Shown here: piece by piece, positions 26,682-36,625 of the stretch
Numbering within the stretch: position 1 is the first letter of the stretch
Layout of the letters: every line of letters starts with the position of its first letter
NCBI GenBank assembly: GCA_964552945.1
Contig: CAZKIP010000007.1
Span: forward strand, 745 to 64,744
Source of the DNA: an uncultured Methanosarcinales archaeon
GTDB lineage: Archaea > Nanobdellota > Nanobdellia > Woesearchaeales > GW2011-AR9
DNA: 64,000 nt
Direction of reading: 5' to 3'
Notes under the pieces: generated by a model
Told to the model about the DNA's origin: nothing
The model's database searches: none
Seen by the model: only the letters and a program-made list of their open reading frames with translations
Position numbers and translations under genes: made by a program

Positions 26682-27242
26682 ATGGATGTAGAAAAAATTC
26701 AAAAGATTAACAAACTTGCTCTTGATTTGGAAAGACAAGGCCTAGTTTCAAATAGAGACGAGGCAATTGCCCAAGCAGAAAAAGTATTTAGTAGCGAAAA
26801 TTCTGAAGCTTACAACTCAATTAAAGATAATGTTGATAATGATAGATTTAATCCACAAATAACACCAAAAGATAACGAAAAACCCTTATCAGAAGATAAA
26901 ATCAAAACAATTCTTGAACAAAATTCTAGCTTTTTGGTAAGAAAGATCAAAGAGTTTCAAGAGAAAATAGAAATGATGGAAAATGAAGTAGGTGTTTTAA
27001 AGGACAAGATTGCTCAACAAAAAATTCCTACAATAGGTGAGCTCATGGCTCAAAGTAAAAGTTCAACCGAAAGCGTTGCTTCAGCTTCTCAAGAACCACA
27101 AGTGAATGAAGCACCCGCTCAACCACAAGCACCAACTAAGGAAGAAATAAACAAAGATGTTCCAAAAAATCATCCTCGATCTGGAACCTACAAAGATGAT
27201 GATGTTTCCATAGAAAAATTTTTCTACATGGGTAGCAAATAA
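26682..27242 (+). CDS. Hypothetical coiled-coil protein.
   Basis: ORF with heptad-like charged segments. Confidence 0.4.
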   Translation: MDVEKIQKINKLALDLERQGLVSNRDEAIAQAEKVFSSENSEAYNSIKDNVDNDRFNPQITPKDNEKPLSEDKIKTILEQNSSFLVRKIKEFQEKIEMMENEVGVLKDKIAQQKIPTIGELMAQSKSSTESVASASQEPQVNEAPAQPQAPTKEEINKDVPKNHPRSGTYKDDDVSIEKFFYMGSK

Positions 27243-27427
27243 ATTTTATTTTTTATTTTCTTATTTTAAAAACACCTCGATTATCACCACCATTTAAAGG
27301 CGACAAATTTCGAAGGACATTTATTGAAACTTCCAAAAAGTTTATAAAAAAAGTAACTACTATGGAATAAAAACTTCAAAGGTGAGTTAAAATTAAAATA
27401 GAAAAATATCTGTGTGTAATCTTATTT

Positions 27428-28894
27428 GTGTTAATTTTAGTTGGCAGTGCAACAGCTGCATTAGAGACTTCTGATGAAGTAATTCTCAATGCAGATTATT
27501 CTAGATTCACAGATGAGGATCAAAAAACTATTGCCGTTGAAGGAACTCTCTCTATTAATAATACAGGAGATGTAGATGAAAAAATTAAACTTTCTGTGTC
27601 AAACCTTCCTTCTGATTACAATTCTTCAGATACTTCTGAAACAACAATTGAAGCAAAAAGTACAAAAGAAGTTAAGTTCACAGTAAATATTCCTCATGAA
27701 GAAGGCCCTGATAAAAAAGAAATTGGAGTTTTAAAAATTCTTAATTCAGCTGGAAGTGAAATAAAATCTCTTAAACTTTTCCAAATATCAAAACAAATGC
27801 TTGAACTTGATGAATTAGAAGTAAAATATACTGCTAAAGATGATGATAGTGAAACTGATGAATTTGGAAATGATAAGGACGAATACTCTTTAGATAAAGA
27901 TGTTAAGCCAGGAACTAAAATTGAACTCCATTTTTCTCTAGAAAACCTTTTTGATGGAAGTTATGATGATGACGGAGAGTTAGAAGACGTAACTATAGAA
28001 ATTGAATCTGATGATAATGACCTTTTCTCAGAAGAATTTGAAGAGATTTATGAAATAGATAACATAGATGCTGATCGTAAAGAAACTTTTTCCGTTGATT
28101 TTATTGTTAACGAAGAAGCAGATGAAGACAATTTTGAACTTGATATAACCATTAAAGCTGAAGATGGACAAAAGATTGATTATAAGATTAAAAAGAAATT
28201 AAACATTGAATTAGGAAGAGAATCAGATGATGTTAAATTAACAAAGTTTGAAATTAAACCAGAGAAGATTACTATATGTGATTCGGAATATACTTTTGAT
28301 GTGGAAATAAAAAATCTTGGAACAAGTTCACAAAGATATGCTGGAATTAGCATTTACAATAAAGATTTAGATATTAATGACAACTTTGCAAATATTAAAT
28401 TAGATGAGTTTTCTGATAGCGATAATAGTTGGAGTAAAACCATCACTCACACAATTAGTAAAGATACTAAATCTAAATCCTATCCTTTAGATATTCGTAC
28501 TTATGTTCAGAAAAGTGAAGTTATGGACATTGTTCAAAAGCAATTGGTCTTTTTGAAATGTGATAAAGAAGAGAGTAAAACAGACACTAGTGGAACCACT
28601 GATAAGAAAGATGAAGTTAAGAAAGATACTTTAAAAGGAATTACTAAAAATACTTCAGTAGATTCCAAAAAATCTGGAACAATTACTAATACTATTACTT
28701 CTAATAAAGAAGGAAGTAAAGCCAATACAGAAGCAACAAAAACTTCTGGTTCAAAAATTTCTTCAGCAGCAATTGTAAAAACTGTAGAAGACCCATATAG
28801 TAAGGCAGATATTTTTGTAGCAATTTTGTTAGTTGCGATTGCCCTTACATTAATCATTATCATTACTTTTTTGATGATTTTACTTAAGCCTTAA
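27428..28894 (+). CDS. Highly acidic surface protein with an N-terminal hydrophobic leader, a Thr/Ser/Lys-rich stalk and a C-terminal TM anchor.
   Basis: The D/E-rich body has CARDB-like beta-strand motifs (FSVDFIVNEEAD, TFDVEIKNLGTSS). The C-terminal TM is IFVAILLVAIALTLIIIITFLMILL. The start is uncertain (GTG at 27428 or CTG at 27410). Confidence 0.5.
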   Translation: MLILVGSATAALETSDEVILNADYSRFTDEDQKTIAVEGTLSINNTGDVDEKIKLSVSNLPSDYNSSDTSETTIEAKSTKEVKFTVNIPHEEGPDKKEIGVLKILNSAGSEIKSLKLFQISKQMLELDELEVKYTAKDDDSETDEFGNDKDEYSLDKDVKPGTKIELHFSLENLFDGSYDDDGELEDVTIEIESDDNDLFSEEFEEIYEIDNIDADRKETFSVDFIVNEEADEDNFELDITIKAEDGQKIDYKIKKKLNIELGRESDDVKLTKFEIKPEKITICDSEYTFDVEIKNLGTSSQRYAGISIYNKDLDINDNFANIKLDEFSDSDNSWSKTITHTISKDTKSKSYPLDIRTYVQKSEVMDIVQKQLVFLKCDKEESKTDTSGTTDKKDEVKKDTLKGITKNTSVDSKKSGTITNTITSNKEGSKANTEATKTSGSKISSAAIVKTVEDPYSKADIFVAILLVAIALTLIIIITFLMILLKP

Positions 28895-28976
28895 TTGGCT
28901 TAATAACAAAAAAACAGGGGGTGTAGTTGTTTAGTTCAAAGTAAATTTAAGAAGCTAAATAACATGAGGTAAAAAA

Positions 28977-31900
28977 ATGAAAACAAGAAAAATTTCAATT
29001 ATTCTGTTTGTAATAATTGCTGTTTTATTAACTGCAAAGGCAGCCCTAGGTGCTGTTGTAATTAATGAAGTAATGCCAGATCCTGGCGCATCGTCTGACT
29101 CAGATGGTGAATATATCGAACTTTACAATGATGGAGCATCTACCACCAATATTGAAGGATGGGAAATCTCCGATGCAAATTCTGCACACACTATTGCTAA
29201 TGGTTCTCCCTTGGAAATTGCTGCTGGAGAATTCCTAGTTCTATGTAGTAATGATGATAAGGCAGCAAATGGAGACATTGGTTGTGCATACGAATACGCT
29301 TCCACTATCAGCTTAGTTAATGCTGGAGATACAATTGAATTAAAAGACACAAGTGCTACTTCAATTGATAAAGTAGTTTATACTGCTGCTTCATTTCCTT
29401 TCACAGCTGGAACTTCTATGGAATTAAAACATCATTCTTTAAATAACACCAATGCTTCAAATTGGAGAGCTTCAACCTCTACCATGAGTAATGGTGACAA
29501 AGGAAGTCCAGGTAAGAAAAATAATCATGCACCAACATTTGATGTTTCTGATGATACAATTCTTGAAGACGCTGGTTTGAAGAAGTATGACTTACATGCC
29601 TCAGTAAGTGATCCCGAAGACTCAAAAAGCGACTTGAAGTTCGTTCTTGATTCGCAATCAAATACCTCACTTGTATCTTGTAGCATCAATGCTACAGATG
29701 GACACAATTTAGAATGTAATACTAAAAAGGACCAATCCGGCGAGTCTACCTTAAACTTAACTGTAACAGATACTTATGGAGATTCAACCAAGGATTCCTT
29801 TAAGATAACTGTAAGCGCAGTTAATGATAAACCTGTAATCACTAAAGCTGACAATTCTACAGCTACAGAAGGTCTTGCTTTTACAAAAACAATTACCGTA
29901 ACTGATGTTGATAATAACCAAAGTGAACTTGGAATTAATCTTGACAAATCTACTGTTGATGGCAAAAGTTTCACAAGCCTTGGCTGGACAAGTGCCGGCC
30001 TAGAAATTACTGGAACTCCTAAAGCCTCCGGTGATATGAAAGTTAGTGTAGTTGCAAAAGATAAAGCAGCAGATTCAGATGCTAAAGAATTTACCTTATC
30101 TGTAAAGCCTGCTCTTGAAATTAACTCCCTTACAATTGATGAAGAATTGTGGGTTGGAGAAGAAATTAATGCATCTCCTGGAGAAGGATTTTCAGTTGAT
30201 ATTGGTTTCATAAATAATTATAATAAAGTACTTGGCCATGTAAAAACAGAAGCAAAAGTTAGTGTAACTGGCTTTGAAAACATGCCTTACAAAGGTGAAT
30301 GTGCTGGAGTAGGTTGTAACAAAGGTTACTGGGCTTTAGAAGAAGGAGAAAGTGCAGATGACTCTTTCACTTTCCAAGTTCCATATTCTGTTAGTGCAGA
30401 TACTTTTGACTTAACCATAAGTGTTAGTTATGATAATTTCTGGAGTAAACTATTCCCTTGGTGGGTTTCAGGTTACCTCCATGAACAGAAAATAACTTTC
30501 AAAGTTGAAAAGAAAGAAGCTGAAGTTCACCTAAATAGTGCAGAGTTAAGTGATGAAGTACTTACTTGTGCCAGAGAACCAACTCTTGATTTAGATCTTG
30601 TAAACACTGGAAAGAACGCTGTTTCTTCAGAAGTTTTAATTTTCGATCAAAAACCTAAAGAAGGATCTTTTGACAAAAAAACAGGAACTTTCAAGGAATT
30701 TGCAAGTAAACCAGAACTTAATTTATCAATTCTTATTGATAAAGATGGTAAATTCTCACAAGGATTATCCTTTGAAGATTCTACCAATGGTAAACATAAC
30801 CTCTATGTTTACATTGTAAATCCTTACTTTAATAGTGATGAAAAATTCATTGGTGATTCAGCAGAACTTGAGTTTGAAGTAGATGATTGTTTGAATGTTG
30901 AAGCTATCGAAGAAGAACTTAAGACAAATAAAGATTCATTGAGTTCCACATCAGTTGATTTATTTGAAACTGATGAAGATGATGAATACATTTACATCTA
31001 TGAAGATATGGATTATGAATCTGTATTAAAATTTGAAATAGATGATCAAGATGATGAAATTATCAAATGCTCAATTGATCCAGTAACTGCAAAATTGACC
31101 TGTGCTCCACCCATCTTATTAATGGCTGGAACATCACTTCTTGAAATAATAATTGAACAAGGAAGTTCAGATTTTACTGAAGAAGTAGAAGTAGTTGTTG
31201 CAAACACTCTGGAAGTAACTAAAGTTCTTGTTGATGCAGAAGAAATAAGTGAAAGCGCAGAAACTAAAGGCACCAACCCTATGGAAGAATTTAGTGTTGA
31301 ATTAACTGTTAAGAACCATTTAGGCCATGCAGTTACCGGTGTTTCCGCAACTTTATCTTCAAATCTTTTCAGTAAAGATTTAGAAAGTAAAAGCAAGAAC
31401 ATTGCAGCTGATCAAAGTGAAACTTTAACTTTTAAAACTACTCTTCCAGAGAATACAGTTGCTGGTAAATACCCAGTAAGCATTTCAATCTCAGGAAAGG
31501 ATTTCAAAGATAACACTATTACTCAAAAAGAGTCATTTACTTTTGATAAAGTTGTTGAACAAGAATCTGCTGATTTAAAAATTTCCAAAGTTACTTTAGA
31601 CAACAAGGAAGTTACCTGTAAACAGGAAACGACTGTAACTGTTGACTTAGTTAATCTTGGAAACAATGATGAAGATGATTTAGTATTAAGTGTTAAAGGT
31701 GGAAAAGAAACTTTTTCAACTGAAGAAAACGATGTAGATGAGATTCTTAAGAATGGAGGAACTCTTTCACATGTTTTCAAATTACCAACTTCAAACTTAT
31801 CATCTGGAACAAACGATCTTACTTTAGAAGTTAGCTACCGAAATGGTGCAGCTTCTGTAAGCAAGAAAATTGATTCAATTGAAAAGAAAAGTTGTATCAA

Positions 31901-33821
31901 GAAAGCTGAACCATCAATTGCTGATGGCAATGGTTGGGTTATTTCAGATGGCCAAGAAATGAATGGTTTTGAAGTTACCTTAGCTGAGAAAGGTTATGAC
32001 AACTTAATCAAATGGTTTGTTAATGGAGTTGTTGATAAAGCTCAAACAGGAACCGAATACATCTTCAAACAAGATGAAGTTGGAGAGTATAAAGTTAATG
32101 CAGAAATTAATGGTGAAAAAACAGTTGTTTGGGAAGTAACCGTTACCGATGTACCTTTATCAGTAGAATTAACAACTAACATTGATGAAGATGCTACACA
32201 TGAAGATTTAGAAGTCTTTGAAGATTTCACAGTTGAAAATAAATATGGTAAAATTGTTTTTAATGAGCCTGTAGATTTAACTGAAATTTTAGATCTTGAT
32301 CAGTACATTAAAATTGAAGCTGATGGAGTAAGTGTTGACACATCTGAAGATGGTGCTCCTGAGCTAAATGTAGCTGCAACTGTTTACTTAAAAAAATCAT
32401 TCAATAACCCAATGGTTTTAATCTCAACAAATATGAAAAAGGAAGATTTCAAAAGATGTCCTGCTGAAGATTGTAAGATTAAAAGTAAATCCGGAAAACC
32501 AGTTACATTTACAGTTGAAGGATTTAGTAAAGCCAAAGTTGTAGAAAACGTAGCAGCAACACCTCAAGTAAGTAAGGAACTTTTATTTGACAATGTTGAA
32601 AGAGGAAAGAACTACACTCTTGATTTCACAGTTAAGAATTTAGGTTCACACGACTCTTTAACAATTGATGATGTAAAGTTAGCTGGTGTAAAAACCGGAT
32701 ACGGACTGAAGTTAACTGCAGTAAGTTTTCCAAAAACTTTAGAAGCTGGAAAAGACGTTGCATTGAAATTATCTGTCCTTTCACCTAAAGAAGAGGCATC
32801 TGGCAAAAAAGAACTTGCTAAATTGCAAATCTTCTATGATGGAAAAATTGCGCCTTTAGAAAAAGCGGTTTCATTCCAAGTAAAGGATTATCTGAGCATC
32901 GATAACTTTGAAGTTAACGGAGACGATAACGGAGATCTTTCTGTTAAAGATTTGAACGAGATTGAATTCGAAGTTAAGAATAGTTATACAGAAGACATGG
33001 AAGATGTTGAAATAACTGTAGAAATTCTTGACGTTGATGGAGACGATCTTGAAGAAGAAGTCGAAGTAGACATTGATAAGAACGATGAAGAAAAAGTAAA
33101 AGTTGAATTTGATCTTTCAAGTGAAGATTTAGATGAAGAAGAATACACAGTAAAGATTACTATCAATGCTGAAGCTAAAGATGATAGTGATCATGACTTT
33201 GAAACAACTAAAACTGTGGACTTAGATCTAAATAAGCACGAAGTAATCATTGAAAGTTTAACTTTCAGCCAAGATACTTTACAATGTCCTGGACAGAATC
33301 ACTTACTAGTTGACTTGAAAAACGTTGGTAAAAGTGATGAAGACGATATTGAGGTTAAAGTTAAGAACAGTGCTCTGGACTTAAGTTTAAGCGATTCAAA
33401 TATCGAATTGGACAAATTTAGCAGAAACGATAACGAATACAGGTCTACTTTCAGCATAACTCTTAACGAAGCTGATAAGACAAGTTATCCACTAACTGTT
33501 GAATTGTACAGAGATGGTAAAAAGGAAGAAAGCAAAACTGCAACTTTAAAATTAAAAGATTGTAAAAAGCTGGAAACTTCCTCAACAACTCAGTCCCAAA
33601 ACCAACTTACCAATGATAACTTGGCGAAGCAATTGCAAGCTCAATTACAGCAGCAATTACAAGCTCAACAAGTACAGCAAGTACAACAGCAGCAAGTTCC
33701 AGTTGTAAAAACATCATTTAGAGATAGTAGAACCTACATGTTATTGTTGGGAGTGCTAATCTTCTTGGTGTTCTTTGCAATGGTTTTAGCAGCAGCAGTT
33801 TTGTTGGTTAAGAAGAAATAA
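28977..33821 (+). CDS. Giant (1614-aa) acidic surface protein. It has a signal peptide, a lamin-tail domain (LTD), multiple CARDB/Ig-like domains, a Gln-rich coiled-coil stalk and a C-terminal TM anchor.
   Basis: The LTD signature is VVINEVMPDPGAS..DGEYIELYN...IEGWEISD. The recurring CARDB-like motifs are DLVNTGKNAVSSEV, DLVNLGNNDEDDLVL and DLKNVGKSDEDDIEV. The stalk is QLQAQLQQQLQAQQVQQVQQQQ, followed by the TM LLLGVLIFLVFFAMVLAAAVLLV. Confidence 0.65.
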   Translation: MKTRKISIILFVIIAVLLTAKAALGAVVINEVMPDPGASSDSDGEYIELYNDGASTTNIEGWEISDANSAHTIANGSPLEIAAGEFLVLCSNDDKAANGDIGCAYEYASTISLVNAGDTIELKDTSATSIDKVVYTAASFPFTAGTSMELKHHSLNNTNASNWRASTSTMSNGDKGSPGKKNNHAPTFDVSDDTILEDAGLKKYDLHASVSDPEDSKSDLKFVLDSQSNTSLVSCSINATDGHNLECNTKKDQSGESTLNLTVTDTYGDSTKDSFKITVSAVNDKPVITKADNSTATEGLAFTKTITVTDVDNNQSELGINLDKSTVDGKSFTSLGWTSAGLEITGTPKASGDMKVSVVAKDKAADSDAKEFTLSVKPALEINSLTIDEELWVGEEINASPGEGFSVDIGFINNYNKVLGHVKTEAKVSVTGFENMPYKGECAGVGCNKGYWALEEGESADDSFTFQVPYSVSADTFDLTISVSYDNFWSKLFPWWVSGYLHEQKITFKVEKKEAEVHLNSAELSDEVLTCAREPTLDLDLVNTGKNAVSSEVLIFDQKPKEGSFDKKTGTFKEFASKPELNLSILIDKDGKFSQGLSFEDSTNGKHNLYVYIVNPYFNSDEKFIGDSAELEFEVDDCLNVEAIEEELKTNKDSLSSTSVDLFETDEDDEYIYIYEDMDYESVLKFEIDDQDDEIIKCSIDPVTAKLTCAPPILLMAGTSLLEIIIEQGSSDFTEEVEVVVANTLEVTKVLVDAEEISESAETKGTNPMEEFSVELTVKNHLGHAVTGVSATLSSNLFSKDLESKSKNIAADQSETLTFKTTLPENTVAGKYPVSISISGKDFKDNTITQKESFTFDKVVEQESADLKISKVTLDNKEVTCKQETTVTVDLVNLGNNDEDDLVLSVKGGKETFSTEENDVDEILKNGGTLSHVFKLPTSNLSSGTNDLTLEVSYRNGAASVSKKIDSIEKKSCIKKAEPSIADGNGWVISDGQEMNGFEVTLAEKGYDNLIKWFVNGVVDKAQTGTEYIFKQDEVGEYKVNAEINGEKTVVWEVTVTDVPLSVELTTNIDEDATHEDLEVFEDFTVENKYGKIVFNEPVDLTEILDLDQYIKIEADGVSVDTSEDGAPELNVAATVYLKKSFNNPMVLISTNMKKEDFKRCPAEDCKIKSKSGKPVTFTVEGFSKAKVVENVAATPQVSKELLFDNVERGKNYTLDFTVKNLGSHDSLTIDDVKLAGVKTGYGLKLTAVSFPKTLEAGKDVALKLSVLSPKEEASGKKELAKLQIFYDGKIAPLEKAVSFQVKDYLSIDNFEVNGDDNGDLSVKDLNEIEFEVKNSYTEDMEDVEITVEILDVDGDDLEEEVEVDIDKNDEEKVKVEFDLSSEDLDEEEYTVKITINAEAKDDSDHDFETTKTVDLDLNKHEVIIESLTFSQDTLQCPGQNHLLVDLKNVGKSDEDDIEVKVKNSALDLSLSDSNIELDKFSRNDNEYRSTFSITLNEADKTSYPLTVELYRDGKKEESKTATLKLKDCKKLETSSTTQSQNQLTNDNLAKQLQAQLQQQLQAQQVQQVQQQQVPVVKTSFRDSRTYMLLLGVLIFLVFFAMVLAAAVLLVKKK

Positions 33822-33872
33822 ATTTTTTTATTTTTTATCTTTTTTTTATTTTTTATTTTTTAAAGCGTTGTT
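33822..33872. terminator. Oligo-T tract between convergent genes. Likely an archaeal intrinsic terminator for both.
   Basis: TTTTTTTATTTTTTATCTTTTTTTTATTTTTTATTTTTT runs immediately after the stop at 33821. Confidence 0.4.
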
Positions 33873-34442
33873 AAAAAGTTCTATTTTATCCCAATTGTTT
33901 TGTAATTTCTCATTGATAATATCTTTTAACCATCCCTTATCTCCAGAAAAAACAAGTTCTTTATTTTTGTAGAAAGGCATTTCTAAGGTATGGCTATCCC
34001 TAATTTCAATAATAATCTTGTTGCTAATGGACAATATTGAAGATTTCTTATAAAATGTTCTTGCTAATTCCAACAAAGATTTTGCTGAATCCAAATCTTG
34101 GCAAGCAATGTGGATGATAAATCCTTCATACCTTAACCAGATAGTATCGTTTGTATCGTTTATATCGTTTATACCCTTTGTTTTGTTTGTTTTATTTATT
34201 TCTTCAACTAAATCTAAGAAACTTTCTTCGATGAAATCGTGACTTACTCTTATCCATTCAGTCTCATTTTTTTTCCCACTACCTTTCCAGAAATAAACCC
34301 TTCCAGAACAAGAAGAAGTAGTATAATAATTGTCTAATTTGTTAATTGTTTCAATAATGCTTAAAGCATGCTTATCAACACTTCCTTTCTTACTTTTATC
34401 CAACTTTTCTAGGAAAGTTTTTTTTTGATTATTAAAAGGCAT
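33846..34442 (-). CDS. taw3: tRNA wybutosine-synthesizing protein 3 homolog (Taw3/TYW3).
   Basis: The SSCSGR motif (TTSSCSGRVYFW) is characteristic of TYW3. The size is 198 aa, and it contains an internal low-complexity insert. Confidence 0.65.
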   Translation of the reverse strand: MPFNNQKKTFLEKLDKSKKGSVDKHALSIIETINKLDNYYTTSSCSGRVYFWKGSGKKNETEWIRVSHDFIEESFLDLVEEINKTNKTKGINDINDTNDTIWLRYEGFIIHIACQDLDSAKSLLELARTFYKKSSILSISNKIIIEIRDSHTLEMPFYKNKELVFSGDKGWLKDIINEKLQNNWDKIELFNNALKNKK

Positions 34443-34495
34443 ATTAACTTTTTAGGCAGAAACTTTAAAAATATTGCTCTAAGTTTGCAATATAA

Positions 34496-35230
34496 ATGAG
34501 ATCCGTCAAAAAAATCCTTATAGATTTGAACACTAACAAAAAATATTACATTAAAGAGCTAGATGACAATTTTCATACCAGTAATGGGGTTATTTCTAAA
34601 AAAGACATAAAAGGGAAGGAAACCTTAGTAGTTTCTGATAAGAATAAGAAGTTTGTTTTGTTAGAACCCTCTTTTATAGATTACTGGGAAAAGTTGCACA
34701 GAGGCCCTCAAATCATGAATCAAAAGGACATTGGAATGATTCTTTCAAAGACGGGGGTAAATAAGAATTCTAAAGTCGTCGATGCAGGTGGCGGTTCTGG
34801 AAGTTTATGCTTGTCTTTAGCAAATGTATGTAAAGAAGTTTTTGTTTATGAAATAAATCCTGAACATTTAGATGTAATCCAGAAAAATGTTAAATTGTTT
34901 GGTGTGAAAAATTTACACTTGAAACAAGAAAATGTCTATAAAGGAATTGCAGAGAAAGAACTTGATTTGATTACTTTAGACTTACCAGAACCATGGCAAG
35001 TTACTGAGCATGCTTCTATCTCTCTTAAAACAGGTGGTTTCTTAGTAGTCTACCTACCAAATTTAGGTCAAATGAAAATGTTTATCGATTCTTGCAAAGG
35101 TTCTAAGATAAGAGTTTTGGAAACTTTAGAACTTCTTGAAAGAAAATGGAAGATTCATGACAAGATTATGCGTCCTGAATTTGACATGCTTGGACACACC
35201 GGTTTTCTTACTTTCTGCAGAAAGTTATGA
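34496..35230 (+). CDS. trmI: tRNA (adenine57/58-N1)-methyltransferase TrmI (Gcd14 family).
   Basis: PQIMNQKDIGMIL, the SAM-binding DAGGGSGSL and the DLPEPW motif match the TrmI/GCD14 family. Confidence 0.75.
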   Translation: MRSVKKILIDLNTNKKYYIKELDDNFHTSNGVISKKDIKGKETLVVSDKNKKFVLLEPSFIDYWEKLHRGPQIMNQKDIGMILSKTGVNKNSKVVDAGGGSGSLCLSLANVCKEVFVYEINPEHLDVIQKNVKLFGVKNLHLKQENVYKGIAEKELDLITLDLPEPWQVTEHASISLKTGGFLVVYLPNLGQMKMFIDSCKGSKIRVLETLELLERKWKIHDKIMRPEFDMLGHTGFLTFCRKL

Positions 35231-35300
35231 AAGGTTTTATAAAGTTGTGAATTAACATTTTATTATAAAGGATTTTTGCGAGTTCTTTTTTTAACTAAAA

Positions 35301-35438
35301 ATGGTAAAATTTAATAAAGTAAAATATTGTTACGGATGTAAGAAAAGATTCTTAATCAAACCTGGTGAACCTAACAGAGGTTATTGTAAAAGTTGCCAGA
35401 AGAAGGTTGATAAGGAAAGAGAAAAAGAAGAAGATTGA
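35301..35438 (+). CDS. Possible 45-aa zinc-ribbon protein.
   Basis: ORF MVKFNKVKYCYGCKKRFLIKPGEPNRGYCKSCQKKVDKEREKEED with two CxxC pairs. It was not in the supplied track. Confidence 0.35.
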   Translation: MVKFNKVKYCYGCKKRFLIKPGEPNRGYCKSCQKKVDKEREKEED

Positions 35439-35477
35439 TTTTATTTATTGTCATCATATTACAGAATGCTTAGAAAT

Positions 35478-35804
35478 TCATTCTACTTCAGAATATTTTA
35501 GATTACTCCCATAAAACTTTTCAACAGGATACTTCTCTTCATTTTCAATCATTTTCTGATCAAACCAGTGGATTAAATCAATATCTAATACATCAGCTAA
35601 TCTCAACAAGACATTTAGCACGTCTGCTAATTCTTTAGCCAATTCCTTTTTATCAAAATGTGATTTAAAACGAAATGGTTCTAAAACTTCACCTGCTTCA
35701 AGAACTAATGCTATTGCAAGATCTTTGGGGTTATGAAATTTTGTCCAATCTCTATCCTCACTGAATTTCCTTACTTTTCCTTTAAGTATGTTTATTTCAT
35801 TCAT
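35478..35804 (-). CDS. MazG-like nucleoside triphosphate pyrophosphohydrolase (all-alpha NTP-PPase).
   Basis: FSEDRDWTKFHNPKDLAIALVLEAGEVLE...ELADVLNVLLRLADVLDIDL is the MazG-domain EExxE/metal-binding helix pair. The start was taken at the internal ATG preceded by GGAGGAAG. Confidence 0.65.
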   Translation of the reverse strand: MNEINILKGKVRKFSEDRDWTKFHNPKDLAIALVLEAGEVLEPFRFKSHFDKKELAKELADVLNVLLRLADVLDIDLIHWFDQKMIENEEKYPVEKFYGSNLKYSEVE

Positions 35805-36624
35805 TTTCTTCCTCCAACACCATCCGCATATACCTCTTTCCAACTGCCATGTTTATCGGCTGTTGCATTATTGCATCCAATAATTCAGGAGGTAGTCCTT
35901 TCTGTAAAAGAATTTGTTCTACTCTATATTGAAGTCGTTCTGCTTCCTGTAAAATTGTGGAATCTACTTTCGCCCAAGAATCTGCAAGATACATCAATCC
36001 AACTTCTAATTCATATCCTAAAACGATTGGAAATAGTTTCTTAACTGCTTCTGTAAAATAATCAGATTGTACCCATTCTTTGGTATATCCTAGGCCTGAT
36101 TCTATAATTTCTAATCGAAGCAATCCCAATTCAAAATGTTTTCCTGCGCAGTTAGCAATGTAATCTATTTGTTTATCAGTTAACCCATGAGTGTGTAGAA
36201 TTACTGATACAAATGGTTCTAAAATTATTTGTTGAGAATATTTTTCATGTCCATCAAAATCAAATTTTCCTTCACCAAGTGCTTTGTTAAATTTCCCAAG
36301 ATCATGAAGTGGTAGTGCAATACCAATTAGTTCTTGTTTTGAAACCCCATCAATTTCTTCTTGTAGGTAATCAATCAATGCTTTGTGTAAATATTTAGGG
36401 ATATCACATAGAAATTTTTTTGTTGACCAATATTCCTGTAATTTTTTAGAGTGAGTTATTATCCCCCACTGATGCCACATTGGCTGGTGCTCTTTTGGTG
36501 AATCGAGATTTTGTAGAAATTTCTGTTTGTCTTCTTCTGGAAGTCTAGCATTTCTTAAAGCAATTTGTTTACTAATCTCCGGTAACTTTTCTTCAAGGTC
36601 CTGTACTATTTCACTAGTGTCCAT
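35797..36624 (-). CDS. HD-domain phosphohydrolase.
   Basis: The ordered His...HD...His...His...Asp pattern is WHQWGIITHS, LPLHDLGK, ILHTHG, AGKHFE and YLADSW. Confidence 0.6.
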   Translation of the reverse strand: MDTSEIVQDLEEKLPEISKQIALRNARLPEEDKQKFLQNLDSPKEHQPMWHQWGIITHSKKLQEYWSTKKFLCDIPKYLHKALIDYLQEEIDGVSKQELIGIALPLHDLGKFNKALGEGKFDFDGHEKYSQQIILEPFVSVILHTHGLTDKQIDYIANCAGKHFELGLLRLEIIESGLGYTKEWVQSDYFTEAVKKLFPIVLGYELEVGLMYLADSWAKVDSTILQEAERLQYRVEQILLQKGLPPELLDAIMQQPINMAVGKRYMRMVLEEENE

Positions 36625-36625
36625 T

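Noticed and set aside
35478-35843. Track start for the MazG-like gene at 35843.
   Set aside because: That start would overlap the HD gene by 47 nt. The internal ATG at 35804 follows a GGAGGAAG RBS and matches the start of the MazG domain.
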